A DNA stretch of 63,886 nucleotides from an uncultured Vicinamibacterales bacterium (lineage in GTDB: Bacteria > Acidobacteriota > Vicinamibacteria > Vicinamibacterales > JAKQTR01). This document shows positions 56,316-63,886 of the stretch, piece after piece. The position numbers and the translations under genes were made by a program. The number at the start of each line of letters is the position of its first letter. Position 1 is the first letter of the stretch. The stretch is taken from assembly GCA_964491885.1 (NCBI GenBank), contig CAZBIP010000001.1, forward strand, positions 10,745 through 74,630, read 5' to 3'. The notes beneath the pieces were generated by a model. The model saw only the letters and a program-made list of their open reading frames with translations. It ran no database searches and was not told the origin of the DNA.

Positions 56316-58076
56316 TCACCTGATGTACGTCCCCGGCATGAGGGCCAGCGGCTCGCCGCGGCGGAACAGCCGGAGCGGCGCCGTGAGGGCCCCGGCGGCC
56401 CGGCGGCCCTGCGGTCCGAGGAACGACCCGAGACCGACGCGCCCGTCAGCACCGGTGAGCGTGGACATCAGCAGGTCGTAGACGCTCCGCTTCGGGGGGT
56501 ACACGATCAGTTCGACCTGCTCCCCCGCCGGAATCTTCGCGCGCTCCTTCGCGATCGCCACGGCGCGGTCGAGGCCGCCGAGTACGTCGACGAGCCCCAG
56601 GTCTTTCGCCTGCCGGCCCGTCCAGACCCGGCCCTGGGCGATGGCGTCGACGGCTTCCGGCGTCATGTGCCGGGCCGCCGCCACTTTCTCGACGAACTGA
56701 TCGTAGAAGGCTCTCAGCTGCTCGTCGAGCTTCGCGCGCTCGGCCTCGCTGAAGGGCCGGACGGGCGAACCCATGTCCGCGAAGGCGCCGATGCTCAGCG
56801 TTTCGACGTTCATCCCGAGCTTCTCGTAGGTCCCCCCGGTCACGATCTTCCCGCCGTAGATGCCGATGGAACCGGTCAGCGTGCCGGGCTCAGCCACGAT
56901 GTCCGGCGCGGCGATGGCGATGTAGTACCCGCCCGAGGCGGCCAGGTCCGACATCGACGCCACGAGCGGTCTCGCCGAGGGCCCGGTCGTGAGCAGGCTC
57001 AGTTCGCGCCAGATCACGTCGGACGCGATCGTGGACCCGCCCGGGCTGTCGATGTGCAGCACGACGGCCTTGATCGACCGATCGCGCCGCGCCTTCCGGA
57101 TGTACTCCACGAGCGTGTCGGAGCCCAGCACGGAGCCGCTCAGGGGATCGATCCCGCTGTGGCCGGTGTTGATGACGCCGACGGCGTTGATGACCGCGAC
57201 GCGCGACCGCCCCTTCAGTCCGACCGAACTCGGGCTCACCTTCGCGTAAGCCTCGCCCTTCAGCCGCACGACGCGCGACGCACCTGGCCTCATCTTGGCG
57301 TCGAGCTGATCCTCGTACGCGACGTCGTCCACGAGGCCGAGCCGGACCGCGTCCTCGGCCAGGAACGGCCCCTCGTCTACCATCCCCTTGACGTCGGCGA
57401 CGCGCTTCTTCCGCCCCTCGGCGATGCCCTGCACGAGCTGCTCGAACAGGTCGCGGTTCAGCGATTCCGACATCTCGCGGTGCGCGGGCGTGAGAGTCTT
57501 CTCGGTGAGCTGATTCGGGGCCGTCTTGTAGTCGCCGATGTGCAGGTAGTCGGGATACGCGCCGATCTTGTCGAGGGTCCCGCGCAGGAAGAGCTCGTAC
57601 GACGCGAGACCGGTCAGGTCGAGCGGGCTCGCGGGCAGCAGGAACACGCGGCCGCAGCCCGTCGCGACGAAGTACTCGCGGTCGCCGCCGTACTCGAGGT
57701 GCGCGACGGCTGGCTTGCCCGACGCGCGGAAGTCGGCGATCGCGTCCCGCACTTCCTGCAGCTTCGCCCAGTAGGCCGACGAGAGGCCGCGCGGGTACAC
57801 CACCACCGCCGAGATGCGGCGGTCGGCCTTGGCCTTGCGCAGGTTCTCGACGATCGTGCGGACGCCTTGGCGCCGCTGGCTCATCAGGCTGTCGAGCACG
57901 TTCTCGGACGAGGCGTCGGCGAGATCGCCTTCGACGCGCACTTCGAGGACCGAGTCGGCGGCGACCGCCGGTTCGCGCCCCGCCACGAGCATCAGGACGG
58001 CCATCCCCGCGACGGACACGAGAACGGCGAGCAGGAGAAGCGTCAGCACCAACCCCAGGCCACGTCGCGTTGCCAC
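56316..58076 (-). CDS. sppA: signal peptide peptidase SppA (67K type, tandem S49 domains)
   Basis: The track ORF extends to 58211 and would overlap the divergent gene. GTG 58076 is preferred: it has GAAGGGGG 6 nt upstream and gives an N-terminus VATRRGLGLVLTLLLLAV (charged residues then a TM segment). TGcTATACT (58102-58110, minus strand) is a possible extended -10. Confidence 0.85.
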   Translation of the reverse strand: MATRRGLGLVLTLLLLAVLVSVAGMAVLMLVAGREPAVAADSVLEVRVEGDLADASSENVLDSLMSQRRQGVRTIVENLRKAKADRRISAVVVYPRGLSSAYWAKLQEVRDAIADFRASGKPAVAHLEYGGDREYFVATGCGRVFLLPASPLDLTGLASYELFLRGTLDKIGAYPDYLHIGDYKTAPNQLTEKTLTPAHREMSESLNRDLFEQLVQGIAEGRKKRVADVKGMVDEGPFLAEDAVRLGLVDDVAYEDQLDAKMRPGASRVVRLKGEAYAKVSPSSVGLKGRSRVAVINAVGVINTGHSGIDPLSGSVLGSDTLVEYIRKARRDRSIKAVVLHIDSPGGSTIASDVIWRELSLLTTGPSARPLVASMSDLAASGGYYIAIAAPDIVAEPGTLTGSIGIYGGKIVTGGTYEKLGMNVETLSIGAFADMGSPVRPFSEAERAKLDEQLRAFYDQFVEKVAAARHMTPEAVDAIAQGRVWTGRQAKDLGLVDVLGGLDRAVAIAKERAKIPAGEQVELIVYPPKRSVYDLLMSTLTGADGRVGLGSFLGPQGRRAAGALTAPLRLFRRGEPLALMPGTYIR

Positions 58077-58189
58077 CGGCAGCCCCCTTCGTTGTGGCGG
58101 GAGTATAGCACCCCGGCTCCGAACCCCCAGGCGGCGGCCTCCGTCCAACCTCATGAAGGGCGCGGGCATCCGCGCGACAGGCGATTGAC

Positions 58190-59323
58190 ATGACCAGCAG
58201 CAGCCGCCCATCCCCTGCCTCGGACAAGCCGATCTGGGAGACCCTGAGGCAGGATTGGCGTTACGTCCGGGACGACGTCAGCCCGACCTGGAAAGCGACG
58301 CTCCGCATGACGATGGCGGAGCTGGAGGAGTTCTACCTGACCCCCGAGCACCGCAAGCGGCTCAAGGCGATGGGCCCCGTCAAGCGCTGGGCGTCGTTGA
58401 GCTGGTGGCTGCTGAAGAGCCTGTTCCTGAAGCTCTCGCCAGCCCGGCGCGTGCTGCTGCTCCTGGCGCTCATTCTGCTCCTGGGATCGACGCGCGTCGG
58501 GTCGAGCGGCGGCGCCAGCGTGAGCTTCGACGGGTCCCTGTTCGGGTCGCTGCTCATTCTCGGCATCCTGCTGCTCGAGCTCAGGGACAAGCTGCTCGCC
58601 CGCCACGAGCTCGAAGCGGGCCGGGCCGTCCAGAGGGCCCTCATGCCCGAGCGCTGTCCGGCGCTGGAGGGGTGGGAGGTCTGGAGCTACACCCGCCCCG
58701 CCAACGACGTCGGCGGCGACCTCGTGGACTGCCTCGAGATCGCGCCGGGCCGGGTGGCGTTCGCCCTGGCGGACGTCGCCGGGAAGGCCCTGCCGGCAGC
58801 GCTGCTGATGGCGAAGGTGCAGTCCACGCTGCGGGCGCTCGCCACCGACGTGCCGTCGCTGAGCGACCTCGCCGGGAAGACGAACGCCATCCTGTGCCGG
58901 GACGGCCTGCCCAACCGCTTCGCCACGCTCGTGTACATGGAGGTGCGCGACGGCGACGGCAGCGTGCGCCTCGTCAACGCCGGGCACATGCCGCCGGTGC
59001 GGATCGCGGACGGCTCGTACCACGAACTGCCCCACGGCGACATGGCGCTGGGCATGATGCCCGGTTCGACGTACTCCGAGCAACAGGTGGAGCTGCAGCC
59101 GGGCGAGTTGCTCGTGATCTACTCCGACGGCGTCACGGAAGCCCTGAACGAGGGCGGCGAGTTCTACGGCGACGACCGCCTCCGCGCGGTGTTCGCCGGG
59201 CTCGGCGGTCTGACGGCCAGCGAGGCCGGCACGCGCCTGCTGGCCTCCGTCGATGCCTTCATCGGCCCCACCCGCCCCTACGACGACCTGTCCCTCATCG
59301 TCCTCAGAAGGGGTCGGGACTAA
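58190..59323 (+). CDS. membrane-anchored PP2C-family (SpoIIE/RsbU-like) serine phosphatase
   Basis: 377 aa with hydrophobic N-terminal segments and PP2C motifs (NDVGGDLVD, YSDGVTEA). Confidence 0.85.
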   Translation: MTSSSRPSPASDKPIWETLRQDWRYVRDDVSPTWKATLRMTMAELEEFYLTPEHRKRLKAMGPVKRWASLSWWLLKSLFLKLSPARRVLLLLALILLLGSTRVGSSGGASVSFDGSLFGSLLILGILLLELRDKLLARHELEAGRAVQRALMPERCPALEGWEVWSYTRPANDVGGDLVDCLEIAPGRVAFALADVAGKALPAALLMAKVQSTLRALATDVPSLSDLAGKTNAILCRDGLPNRFATLVYMEVRDGDGSVRLVNAGHMPPVRIADGSYHELPHGDMALGMMPGSTYSEQQVELQPGELLVIYSDGVTEALNEGGEFYGDDRLRAVFAGLGGLTASEAGTRLLASVDAFIGPTRPYDDLSLIVLRRGRD

Positions 59324-59426
59324 TTACGGGTCGGCCTCGCCAGTCACGACAAAACCGTATTCAGGCCCTGGCCGCGACAGAATCGTCATCTGCGAAGGCT
59401 CTTCTGCGTAATTAGTCCCGACCCCT
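59309..59426. repeat. 20-bp perfect inverted repeat pair flanking a 78-nt spacer
   Basis: The sequence at 59309-59328 (AGGGGTCGGGACTAATTACG) is the exact reverse complement of 59407-59426. The left arm contains the PP2C stop codon. The right arm ends 5 nt before the convergent SBP gene's stop codon. Confidence 0.9.
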
Positions 59427-59431
59427 CGCGG

Positions 59432-60337
59432 TCAACGGGTAACTTTCTCCGTCTGCAGGACCACCCGGCGGGGGACGGACTCGCCCTTCAGGATGCGCGA
59501 CGCGATCTCGACCGCCTCGCGCCCGCCCGTCGGATAGACGAACGTCGCGTCGAGCCGGCCGTCGGCGACCGCCTGCCGGCCCCCGTCCAGGCCGGGCAGC
59601 GCGTCGATGCCGACGAAGATCATGTCCTTCTCGCGGCCCTTGGCCTTGGCCGCCAGGTAGGCCCCGATCGCCATCGGGTCGTTGTGCGCGTAGACGACGT
59701 CGATCGCCGGGTGGGCCGCCAGCGCCATCTCCATCTGCGACATGGCTTCTTCGCGCAGCCAGTTCGCGACCGGTGAATGGATGATCTGCAGGCCCGGGTG
59801 CCCGGCGATCGCGTCGTGCATCCCCCGGCTCCGGTCGTTCGCCGGGGGCGAACCCGGCAGACCGCGGATTTCCACGATCCGCGCCTGCCCCCCGGTGATC
59901 CCGGCGATGTGCCCGCCGGCTTCGCGTCCGATCTGGTAGTTGTCGGCGCCGACGAACGTCGTGTAGCTCTCCCCTTCGATCCCGCGGTCGATGATGACGA
60001 CCGGGATGCCGGCCTTGAAGACCCGCTCGACGATCGGCGTTAACGGCCTGGCCTCGTTCGGGGAGATCATCAGCAGGTCGATGCCCTGCCGGAGGAAGTT
60101 CTCGACGTCGGCCACCTGCTTGGCGTTGTCCTGCTGGGCGTCGGCGTAGACGATCTCGAGGTCCGGGAAGTCCTTCGCGCGGCTGGCCACCTCGGCGTTC
60201 ATGGCCACGCGCCAGGGCTCGCCGAGATTGCACTGCGAGAACCCGACGAGGCGGCGGGCCGGCTGCTGCGGCCCGCAACCGGCGGCCGCGGCGGCGAGCG
60301 CCGCGCCGAGAACGGCAGCCGCGATCCGCACGGCCAC
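59432..60337 (-). CDS. sugar ABC transporter substrate-binding lipoprotein (RbsB/periplasmic-binding-protein type I)
   Basis: GTG 60337 lies 7 nt after the permease stop and gives VAVRIAAAVLGAALAAAAAGCG, a lipoprotein signal. The track start 60424 would overlap the permease by 80 nt. Confidence 0.85.
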   Translation of the reverse strand: MAVRIAAAVLGAALAAAAAGCGPQQPARRLVGFSQCNLGEPWRVAMNAEVASRAKDFPDLEIVYADAQQDNAKQVADVENFLRQGIDLLMISPNEARPLTPIVERVFKAGIPVVIIDRGIEGESYTTFVGADNYQIGREAGGHIAGITGGQARIVEIRGLPGSPPANDRSRGMHDAIAGHPGLQIIHSPVANWLREEAMSQMEMALAAHPAIDVVYAHNDPMAIGAYLAAKAKGREKDMIFVGIDALPGLDGGRQAVADGRLDATFVYPTGGREAVEIASRILKGESVPRRVVLQTEKVTR

Positions 60338-60344
60338 CGGCGTG

Positions 60345-61316
60345 TTACGCCGGCGCCCGTCTGGACTGCAGCCAGACCGCGGCCAGGATGATCGCGCCCT
60401 TGAGGATGAGCTGGAGGTTCGCATCGACGTTGTTGAGCCCCATGCTGTTGTTGATGATGCCGATGATGAGCGTGCCGACCAGCGTGCCGCTCACGGTGCC
60501 GACGCCGCCCGACAGGCTGGTGCCCCCGATGACGACGGCGGCGATGGCGTCGAGCTCGTAGCCGACGCCGTCGTTGGGGTTGCCCTGCTCGAGCTGCGCG
60601 CAGTGGATCAGGCCGGCCAGCGCCGCCAGCCCGGCGCCGACGACGTAGACCGCGGTCTTGTGGAGGCGGACGCGCACGCCCGCCAGGCGGGCCGTCGCCT
60701 CGTTGTCGCCGATCGCGTAGACGTAGCGCCCGGCCCGCGTCCACGCCAGGAAGACGCCGATGGCGCCGACCGAGAGCAGGAAGAGGACGGCCGGCATCGG
60801 CACGTACGGCACGATCGGGGCCGCGAGCGACCTGAACGCCGGCGGCGCCCCGCCCTCGCCGAAGCCGAGGGGGATGGCGGCCCCGCCGCTCAGGGAGCGG
60901 GCGACGCCGCGCGCCGCGCTCATCGTGGCGAGCGTCGCGATGAACGGCTGGATGCGCCACCGCGCGACGACGAAGCCGTTCACGAGACCGCACAGGCACC
61001 CGGCGGCGAGCACGATCACGACCGTCGGCCCGAGACCCAGGTGCGCGTGCATCAGCAGCGCGCCCGCGAGCGTCGCGCTCAGCGCGAGCACCGAGCCCAC
61101 GGACAGGTCGATGCCGCCCGAAATGATGATCGGCGTCATCCCGGCGGCCAGGATGCCCTTCTCGGACACCTGGCGCAGGATGTCGGTGAGGTTGCCGACG
61201 TCGAGGAACACCGGCCGCCCGCCGCGCACCGGCGAAAAGACGATGGCGAGAGCGAGCACGGCGGCGAGCCCGATCGCGCCCGTCAGGCGCGGCGGGACCC
61301 GCATCCGCAGCGTCAC
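60345..61316 (-). CDS. sugar ABC transporter permease (RbsC/CUT2 type)
   Basis: 323 aa, polytopic. The GTG start overlaps the upstream stop (GTGA). Confidence 0.88.
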   Translation of the reverse strand: MTLRMRVPPRLTGAIGLAAVLALAIVFSPVRGGRPVFLDVGNLTDILRQVSEKGILAAGMTPIIISGGIDLSVGSVLALSATLAGALLMHAHLGLGPTVVIVLAAGCLCGLVNGFVVARWRIQPFIATLATMSAARGVARSLSGGAAIPLGFGEGGAPPAFRSLAAPIVPYVPMPAVLFLLSVGAIGVFLAWTRAGRYVYAIGDNEATARLAGVRVRLHKTAVYVVGAGLAALAGLIHCAQLEQGNPNDGVGYELDAIAAVVIGGTSLSGGVGTVSGTLVGTLIIGIINNSMGLNNVDANLQLILKGAIILAAVWLQSRRAPA

Positions 61317-62962
61317 ACTCTGAACTCCTCGGCCTGGTGCCTCCCGATCTCGTCGTCCGCGTCGCCACAGAGGTTCACGCGGAGGCCGAGGGCGCCGGCC
61401 ATGCCGGCTTTCGCCGCCAGGAGCCGCCGCGCCGCCTGCGCGTCAGGCGCGTAGACCACCTGGATGTGGTTCGCCTGGTGCTTCGCCATGAACTGGTCGC
61501 GCGTCACGCCGTAGAGCACCGCGTGCATCATCGGCCACTGGGACGTCGTCGCCGACCACCGGCGCGCCGATTCGTCCTCCGGAAGGCGGAGCGCGGCGCC
61601 CCGGCCGATGTCCATGTGCAGCGCGTCCCCTTCCACGTAGATGCGGCTCCACACGATCTCGCCCGGCTTGCTGACGCCCTTGATCGTGGCGCCGCCCTTC
61701 GGGAAGTACATCGGCGGCTGCCGTTCGCCGATGGCCCCCTTGTAGCCGCCGATCAGGTGGCTCGGAGGCACCGCGCCGGAAATCTCGAACAGCCACACGA
61801 ACTCCTTGACCCCGTGGCCGTCGAAGTCGGCGCCCCACCGCACGTCGTGCAGCGTCGTCGAGGGGTCGAGGCCCGCGTCTGTCCAGACGCGGTTCGTCAG
61901 GATCGCGTCGAGGCCCGCGCACTCGTCCACCTCGTTGAAGTGCGGGACGGGCGCGCCGTCGAAGAGGATCGAGCCGTCGCCGCCGAGGACCGGCGGCCGG
62001 TCGGGGCAGTTGAGCAGGCCTTCCGTGAGATCGGACGCGACGCAGACGTCTTTCAGGCCCTGCTGATACTGGATCCCGATGGCCGAGCAGCCGAAGGCGG
62101 CGGCGATGCGCACGGCCGCGTCGTACATCTTCAGCCCTTCGAGGACCTGGTCCCGGGTGAGATCCGTGGCCGGGTCCGGTCCGTACGCGAAGGTCATGCC
62201 CCGCTGTTCGAGCCACGCGAGATGGCGGGAGGCGACCTCGTCGCTCACCTCCCGCATGGCCGCGTACAGGGCCGACTGGCTCAGCCGCTCTTTGAAGATG
62301 CCCGTCGCGTGCAGCAGGTGGTCGGGGATGATGGCGTTGAACATCCCCATGCACCCTTCGTCGAAGATGCCCATGACCGCCTGGCGCGCGCGCAACTGGC
62401 GGCCGAGTCCGGCCCCGTGCGCGGCCGCGCGCTTCACGTCGTCCCCGAGCGACGCCGCGTCGAACGGACGCGCGTGGCTCGTGTCGTGATCGATGCGGCC
62501 CTCGTTCAGCCACTGCTCCAGGCCGCGGAGGGCGAACTCGTCCTCGAACGCCTCGCTCCAGATCGTGCTGTAGCGCACGCCGGCCTTGGTCAGCGAGCCG
62601 TTGAGGTTCAGCATGCCCACCAGCCCCGGCCATTCGCCGCTCCAGTTGGCGACGGTCAGGATCGGGCCTCGATGCTTCGTGAGGCCCGGCAGCACGTGGC
62701 TGGTGTACTGCCACACCGCCTCGGCCACGACGATCGGCATGTCCGGGTCGATCTGGCGGAACGCCTCGATGCCGTGAATCTGGCTGTCGAGGAACCCGTG
62801 GCGGGCCACCGGATCGTACGGATGGCCGCGGACGATGGCGCAGTCGAAGCGGGCGAAGGCGCGTTCGAGGGCGGACTCGAGGGCGGCTTGCGCGGGCCAG
62901 CAGACCTGATTGGCGGACAACCTCAAGTCGCCGCTGGCAACGAGACACACCTGGCGTGGCAT
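61313..62962 (-). CDS. L-fucose-isomerase-like protein (distant family member)
   Basis: ATG 62962 has AAGGA upstream (MPRQVCLVASGDLRLSANQ...). The C-terminal region (HDVRWGADFDG...YFPKGGATIKG...WPMMHAVLYGVTRDQFMAKHQANHIQVVY) parallels the FucI C-terminal domain as I remember it. The track ORF is over-extended to 63376. Confidence 0.65.
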   Translation of the reverse strand: MPRQVCLVASGDLRLSANQVCWPAQAALESALERAFARFDCAIVRGHPYDPVARHGFLDSQIHGIEAFRQIDPDMPIVVAEAVWQYTSHVLPGLTKHRGPILTVANWSGEWPGLVGMLNLNGSLTKAGVRYSTIWSEAFEDEFALRGLEQWLNEGRIDHDTSHARPFDAASLGDDVKRAAAHGAGLGRQLRARQAVMGIFDEGCMGMFNAIIPDHLLHATGIFKERLSQSALYAAMREVSDEVASRHLAWLEQRGMTFAYGPDPATDLTRDQVLEGLKMYDAAVRIAAAFGCSAIGIQYQQGLKDVCVASDLTEGLLNCPDRPPVLGGDGSILFDGAPVPHFNEVDECAGLDAILTNRVWTDAGLDPSTTLHDVRWGADFDGHGVKEFVWLFEISGAVPPSHLIGGYKGAIGERQPPMYFPKGGATIKGVSKPGEIVWSRIYVEGDALHMDIGRGAALRLPEDESARRWSATTSQWPMMHAVLYGVTRDQFMAKHQANHIQVVYAPDAQAARRLLAAKAGMAGALGLRVNLCGDADDEIGRHQAEEFRV

Positions 62963-63110
62963 GGCTGATCCTTTCCGGCAGCGCGGCCGATGCCGCGGGT
63001 TCACGCCGATCGCGGGGACGCGGGGGACGCTCGCAGGCCTTATCTTTGGCCCCGGGCCCGCGCCTGTCAAGCCGCGCCGCGTGGTATGCTCCGCCCCGCA
63101 GGAGGCGACT

Positions 63111-63886
63111 ATGAAGCGGTCTGGCATCTGGCTCGGCATCGCCCTCGCGGCGTGCCTCGCATCCGCCCCGGCGCTGGCGCAGCAACCCGCGTCCGGAGTC
63201 CTCGGCGGCGACCTGGGCGATCTCGCGCGGCTCTCGCGCGCGAAGACGCGATCGATCAGCCCGGAGAACTTCACCGGCGAAAAGGGCAAGGCCGGCATGG
63301 CGACGACCGGCACCGGCGAACGGGCCGCCCGCGGCCTCGGCCAGGGGTGGAAAGTGTCGCCGTCCGTGCGCATCAAGGCGGGCGAAACGTTCGTGCTCGG
63401 CGAGATCGCCGGGCCCGGTTCGATTCAGCACATCTGGATGACGCCGACAGGCAACTGGCGCTACTCGATCCTCCGTATGTACTGGGACGGCGAGACCCAG
63501 CCCTCCGTCGAGGTGCCGGTCGGGGACTTCTTCGCCACCGGGTGGGGCACGTACGCGCCGCTCTCGTCGCTGGCCGTGTGCGTCAATCCCGGCAGCGCGT
63601 TCAACAGCTACTGGGAGATGCCGTTCCGCAAGTCGGCGAAGCTGACGATGACGAACATCGATGCCGCCGACATGACGCTCTACTACCAGATCGACTATGC
63701 GCTCGGGGACGTGCCGGCCGACACCGGGTACTTCCACGCGCAATTCCGGCGGGTCAATCCCCTGCCCTACAAGGACGTCTACACGATCCTCGACGGCGTG
63801 AAGGGCTGGGGACACTACGTCGGGACCTACCTGGCGTGGGGCGTCAACAACTCCGGCTGGTGGGGAGAAGGCGAGATTAAATTCTT
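63111..63886 (+). CDS. DUF2961/GH172-type secreted glycoside hydrolase (partial, 3' end outside window)
   Basis: Not in the ORF track because no stop lies in the window. ATG 63111 follows GGAGG by 5 nt. My translation gives MKRSGIWLGIALAACLASAPALAQQ... (signal peptide), SISPENFTGEKGKAGMA, IQHIWMT and NNSGWWGEGEIKF, which are typical of DUF2961. This replaces the overlapping track ORF 62990-63880. Confidence 0.75.
   Translation, partial: MKRSGIWLGIALAACLASAPALAQQPASGVLGGDLGDLARLSRAKTRSISPENFTGEKGKAGMATTGTGERAARGLGQGWKVSPSVRIKAGETFVLGEIAGPGSIQHIWMTPTGNWRYSILRMYWDGETQPSVEVPVGDFFATGWGTYAPLSSLAVCVNPGSAFNSYWEMPFRKSAKLTMTNIDAADMTLYYQIDYALGDVPADTGYFHAQFRRVNPLPYKDVYTILDGVKGWGHYVGTYLAWGVNNSGWWGEGEIKF

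Noticed and set aside
59309-59426. The inverted-repeat element as an IS element or an autonomous transposon.
   Set aside because: It is only 118 nt, has no ORF and shows no visible target-site duplication. It is kept as an unexplained inverted-repeat structure (possible MITE or terminator) rather than called a mobile element.
62990-63880. Track ORF 62990-63880 (+, 296 aa) as the gene at the right edge.
   Set aside because: Its translation is Arg/Pro/Gly-rich with no family resemblance. The frame starting at ATG 63111 has a Shine-Dalgarno sequence, a signal peptide and DUF2961-type motifs, and it runs off the window end.

Overview
Very GC-rich, ~64 kb chromosomal segment that is almost entirely tightly packed housekeeping genes. 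Many of the long ORFs in the six-frame track are antisense or read-through artefacts of the high G+C content, so I re-derived starts where the track fuses genes. I cannot assign a taxon without a database search.

Gene content, in order:
- acnA, then a long minus-strand operon: MEMO-like, AMMECR1-like, a membrane protein, an M16 peptidase pair and lpxB.
- gatCA, rpoZ and hsp20.
- A five-gene operon: ICDH/IPMDH-like dehydrogenase, HMG-CoA-lyase-like protein, family III CoA-transferase, LeuC-like and LeuD-like subunits.
- A second hsp20, ymdB, xseAB, ispA, tlyA, a fused MFS/spermidine-synthase-like protein, nadK, mltG and ruvX.
- An alkaline-phosphatase-family lipoprotein, envC, ctpA, hup, tRNA-Val, thrS-infC-rpmI-rplT, a zapB-like gene, zapA and a candidate 6S RNA.
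- rny, thiL, a DUF2062-type protein and a 3D-domain protein.
- A minus-strand GGDEF-mreBCD-mrdA-rodA-rng block.
- A FucI-like isomerase with araB and araD, then ppiD, sppA and a PP2C phosphatase.
- A sugar locus: substrate-binding protein, permease, a second FucI-like protein and a partial DUF2961/GH172-type gene.

I see no transposase, integrase, phage, CRISPR/cas or recognisable defence genes, so I cannot point to a gene-encoded novel system with confidence. The four most unusual signals are:
1. Two families of 7-nt tandem repeat arrays at six loci. Every array abuts or overlaps a stop codon, and five of the six start exactly at or directly after a TAG.
2. The non-canonical dehydrogenase/lyase/CoA-transferase/LeuCD-like operon.
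3. A candidate 6S RNA with a near-consensus promoter downstream of zapA.
4. A 20-bp perfect inverted repeat pair between two convergent genes.
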